From a virus (lineage: Duplodnaviria; Heunggongvirae; Uroviricota; Caudoviricetes), in the IMG/VR virus record IMGVR_UViG_3300035698_032497: a DNA stretch of 25,023 bases. One strand, 5' to 3'. Position 1 is the first letter of the stretch, and every line of letters starts with the position of its first letter. The notes beneath the pieces were generated by a model. That model was not told the origin of the DNA. It ran no database searches and saw only the letters and a program-made list of their open reading frames with translations. Positions 24,601 to 25,023 of this stretch are shown here, in pieces. A program made the position numbers and the translations under genes.

Positions 24601-25022
24601 TTGATCCAGAGGATCGCTCTCTCGTACGTCTTCCTGGTCTCGGGGTCATCGGGCTCGAGCCCTGCCACGGAGAACGCCTCGGTCATCTCTCGCACGGTGG
24701 TCGTAGACCACATCAATGCAGCTGACGCAACACTCTCGAGGCTCTCTTTGATCAGCGGGCTACCCGTGGCAGTCGACCACCTGGCGACGGACTCGAGGGG
24801 CGGCCAGTCGCTCGGACGGAGCCCTTGATTCAGGCTCACCGCACGACCGAGCCAGATCATGATCGGAAGAATCCAGGTGTCCCTCTCGAGGACAACGTCC
24901 TGGTCTTTCAGTATCCGTTTCAGCAGCTTCACTGTCTCGGATCCGTACTGTTTCTCGATCCCCGCTATTCTGCCGCCTTCTTTCTTCTTGGACAGCTTCA
25001 GGCGGTTCCGAAGCTGCTGCAC
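21675..25022 (-). CDS. Large (>1100 aa, 5'-truncated) protein with PcfJ-like domain, ~25-aa helical repeats and shared C-terminal domain
   Basis: KLVELETENQLRDESKMMDHCIG...YYSLRD...CTFEI...QSKGPKN matches the PcfJ-like pattern. Repeats YAxxVDKGPxxxTRxAACxDP; the frame runs off the window edge. Confidence 0.85.
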   Translation of the reverse strand: MQQLRNRLKLSKKKEGGRIAGIEKQYGSETVKLLKRILKDQDVVLERDTWILPIMIWLGRAVSLNQGLRPSDWPPLESVARWSTATGSPLIKESLESVASAALMWSTTTVREMTEAFSVAGLEPDDPETRKTYERAILWIKARTTLGDTAPWPSPVLIQRLADGSDMGPESFEDISQASIFKETSVDKNRNMSTWDEWHKRIVKLEDDSWRPSHGPIVHSWENGMKLVELETENQLRDESKMMDHCIGQDAHINDHLRNMKARSHAYYSLRDVSGYSVCTFEIALGPDRSWMRCCQSKGPKNFGMHPTWVNYAVQVIGRCERFSYPENYSFESAIQGIDKSSEFFVQTVLTSPELSYRWAMVNGGGETLRETASRDPAFAILYATNVDKAPHTVTRDGACTDPLCAVRYAVEVDKGPTEQTRNAACSSPSTAYRYATSVDKGPTPQTLAASFTDNTTFLNYTRSFPNTDLSIYRDIAIKSGASGAYTWALNVDRGPREDTRKACCTDPVYALRYALRIDERYHRDTMTAVLPDPNMALLYALKLVYPPRDRRPAEWSPGITSEQCVPPDMVGILRESTYRGSPTRAMWQMVIEPIIPEPELTIEDVRAVIDAPQLPDFSDDRYRTRELSSTVGDPSRLAARRIESGYCSNPFDNAHRMWQSPWIAALYLLFLRSDLRSQWTTYAIRDCADNVLKTQMTAITHDLGALLRYRTVRREEPISAEFVIGVSLSIPKMFEHLIEMLQLFGAEDGIPKLRAAISGKTRKMLIKSSSKNAIIVAKHIDGRPMADTLEGVAGNSKDLARYVRHFGVSPASFTPRLRAKIASLCEKPGAIEDLFCPSSWTVDADNNDTTPSRLTSAAGQACLEMSRSALALDMSKQTSENQATKKVEELLGHGRYHGSNFNGIHSQEERDLVRSLVRRGHTHLEWMLADDLGLWTYREPGSKCAPLKSSMSLADDSCPNFGYIGALGVVRGENVGVPSLEKSIREGLGVHGSVTHEMVLQWYRSLPGRVRSHVDRRLENTAREDPSLDKISVLWVGSTPIDSAVVYAGSRFQVRIRIDHTAALTIIPAPLGRRASGWAVIYPSIQTNGPQIPLTAIQRIMSTSAILKSSMETE

Positions 25023-25023
25023 G

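Noticed and set aside
1-25023. Apparent excess of TCGA/CTCGAG/GATC as a methylation or restriction signal
   Set aside because: Largely explained by NTC-GAN codon pairs (LE, VD, IE) in GC-rich acidic genes; needs a Markov-corrected count that I cannot run.
1-25023. Stop-codon reassignment as seen in some large phages
   Set aside because: Genes end at TAA, TAG and TGA with tight SD-linked or overlapping downstream starts, and coding density is already high under code 11.

Overview
GC-rich, gene-dense window that looks like part of a large bacterial virus or other extrachromosomal element. This is inferred: there are Shine-Dalgarno sites, sigma70-type promoters and overlapping start/stop codons in standard code 11, but no capsid, terminase, integrase or RNA gene that I can recognise. 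There are three blocks. (1) 1-8316, all + strand, probably a virion/structural module: very acidic proteins rich in [F/Y]-G dipeptides, several with C-terminal membrane anchors, then three tandem paralogues with a near-identical N-terminal half and diverging beta-rich C-terminal halves. (2) 8338-18470, regulation and DNA metabolism: an XRE HTH regulator divergent from an RdgC-like gene, a dual-specificity phosphatase, a triple 17-bp repeat, a Zn-ribbon protein, a degenerate YfdR-like HD protein, a probable SSB, a DUF2325-like multidomain protein, a J-domain protein and a candidate promoter-plus-terminator small RNA. (3) 18490-25023, - strand: two tandem >1000-aa paralogues with ~25-aa helical repeats and a shared C-terminal domain; the upstream one carries a PcfJ-like domain. 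The best novelty candidate is block 1, a possible protease-matured ([F/Y]G sites), membrane-anchored virion module with triplicated vertex/receptor-like proteins. All family assignments are by eye and need profile searches.
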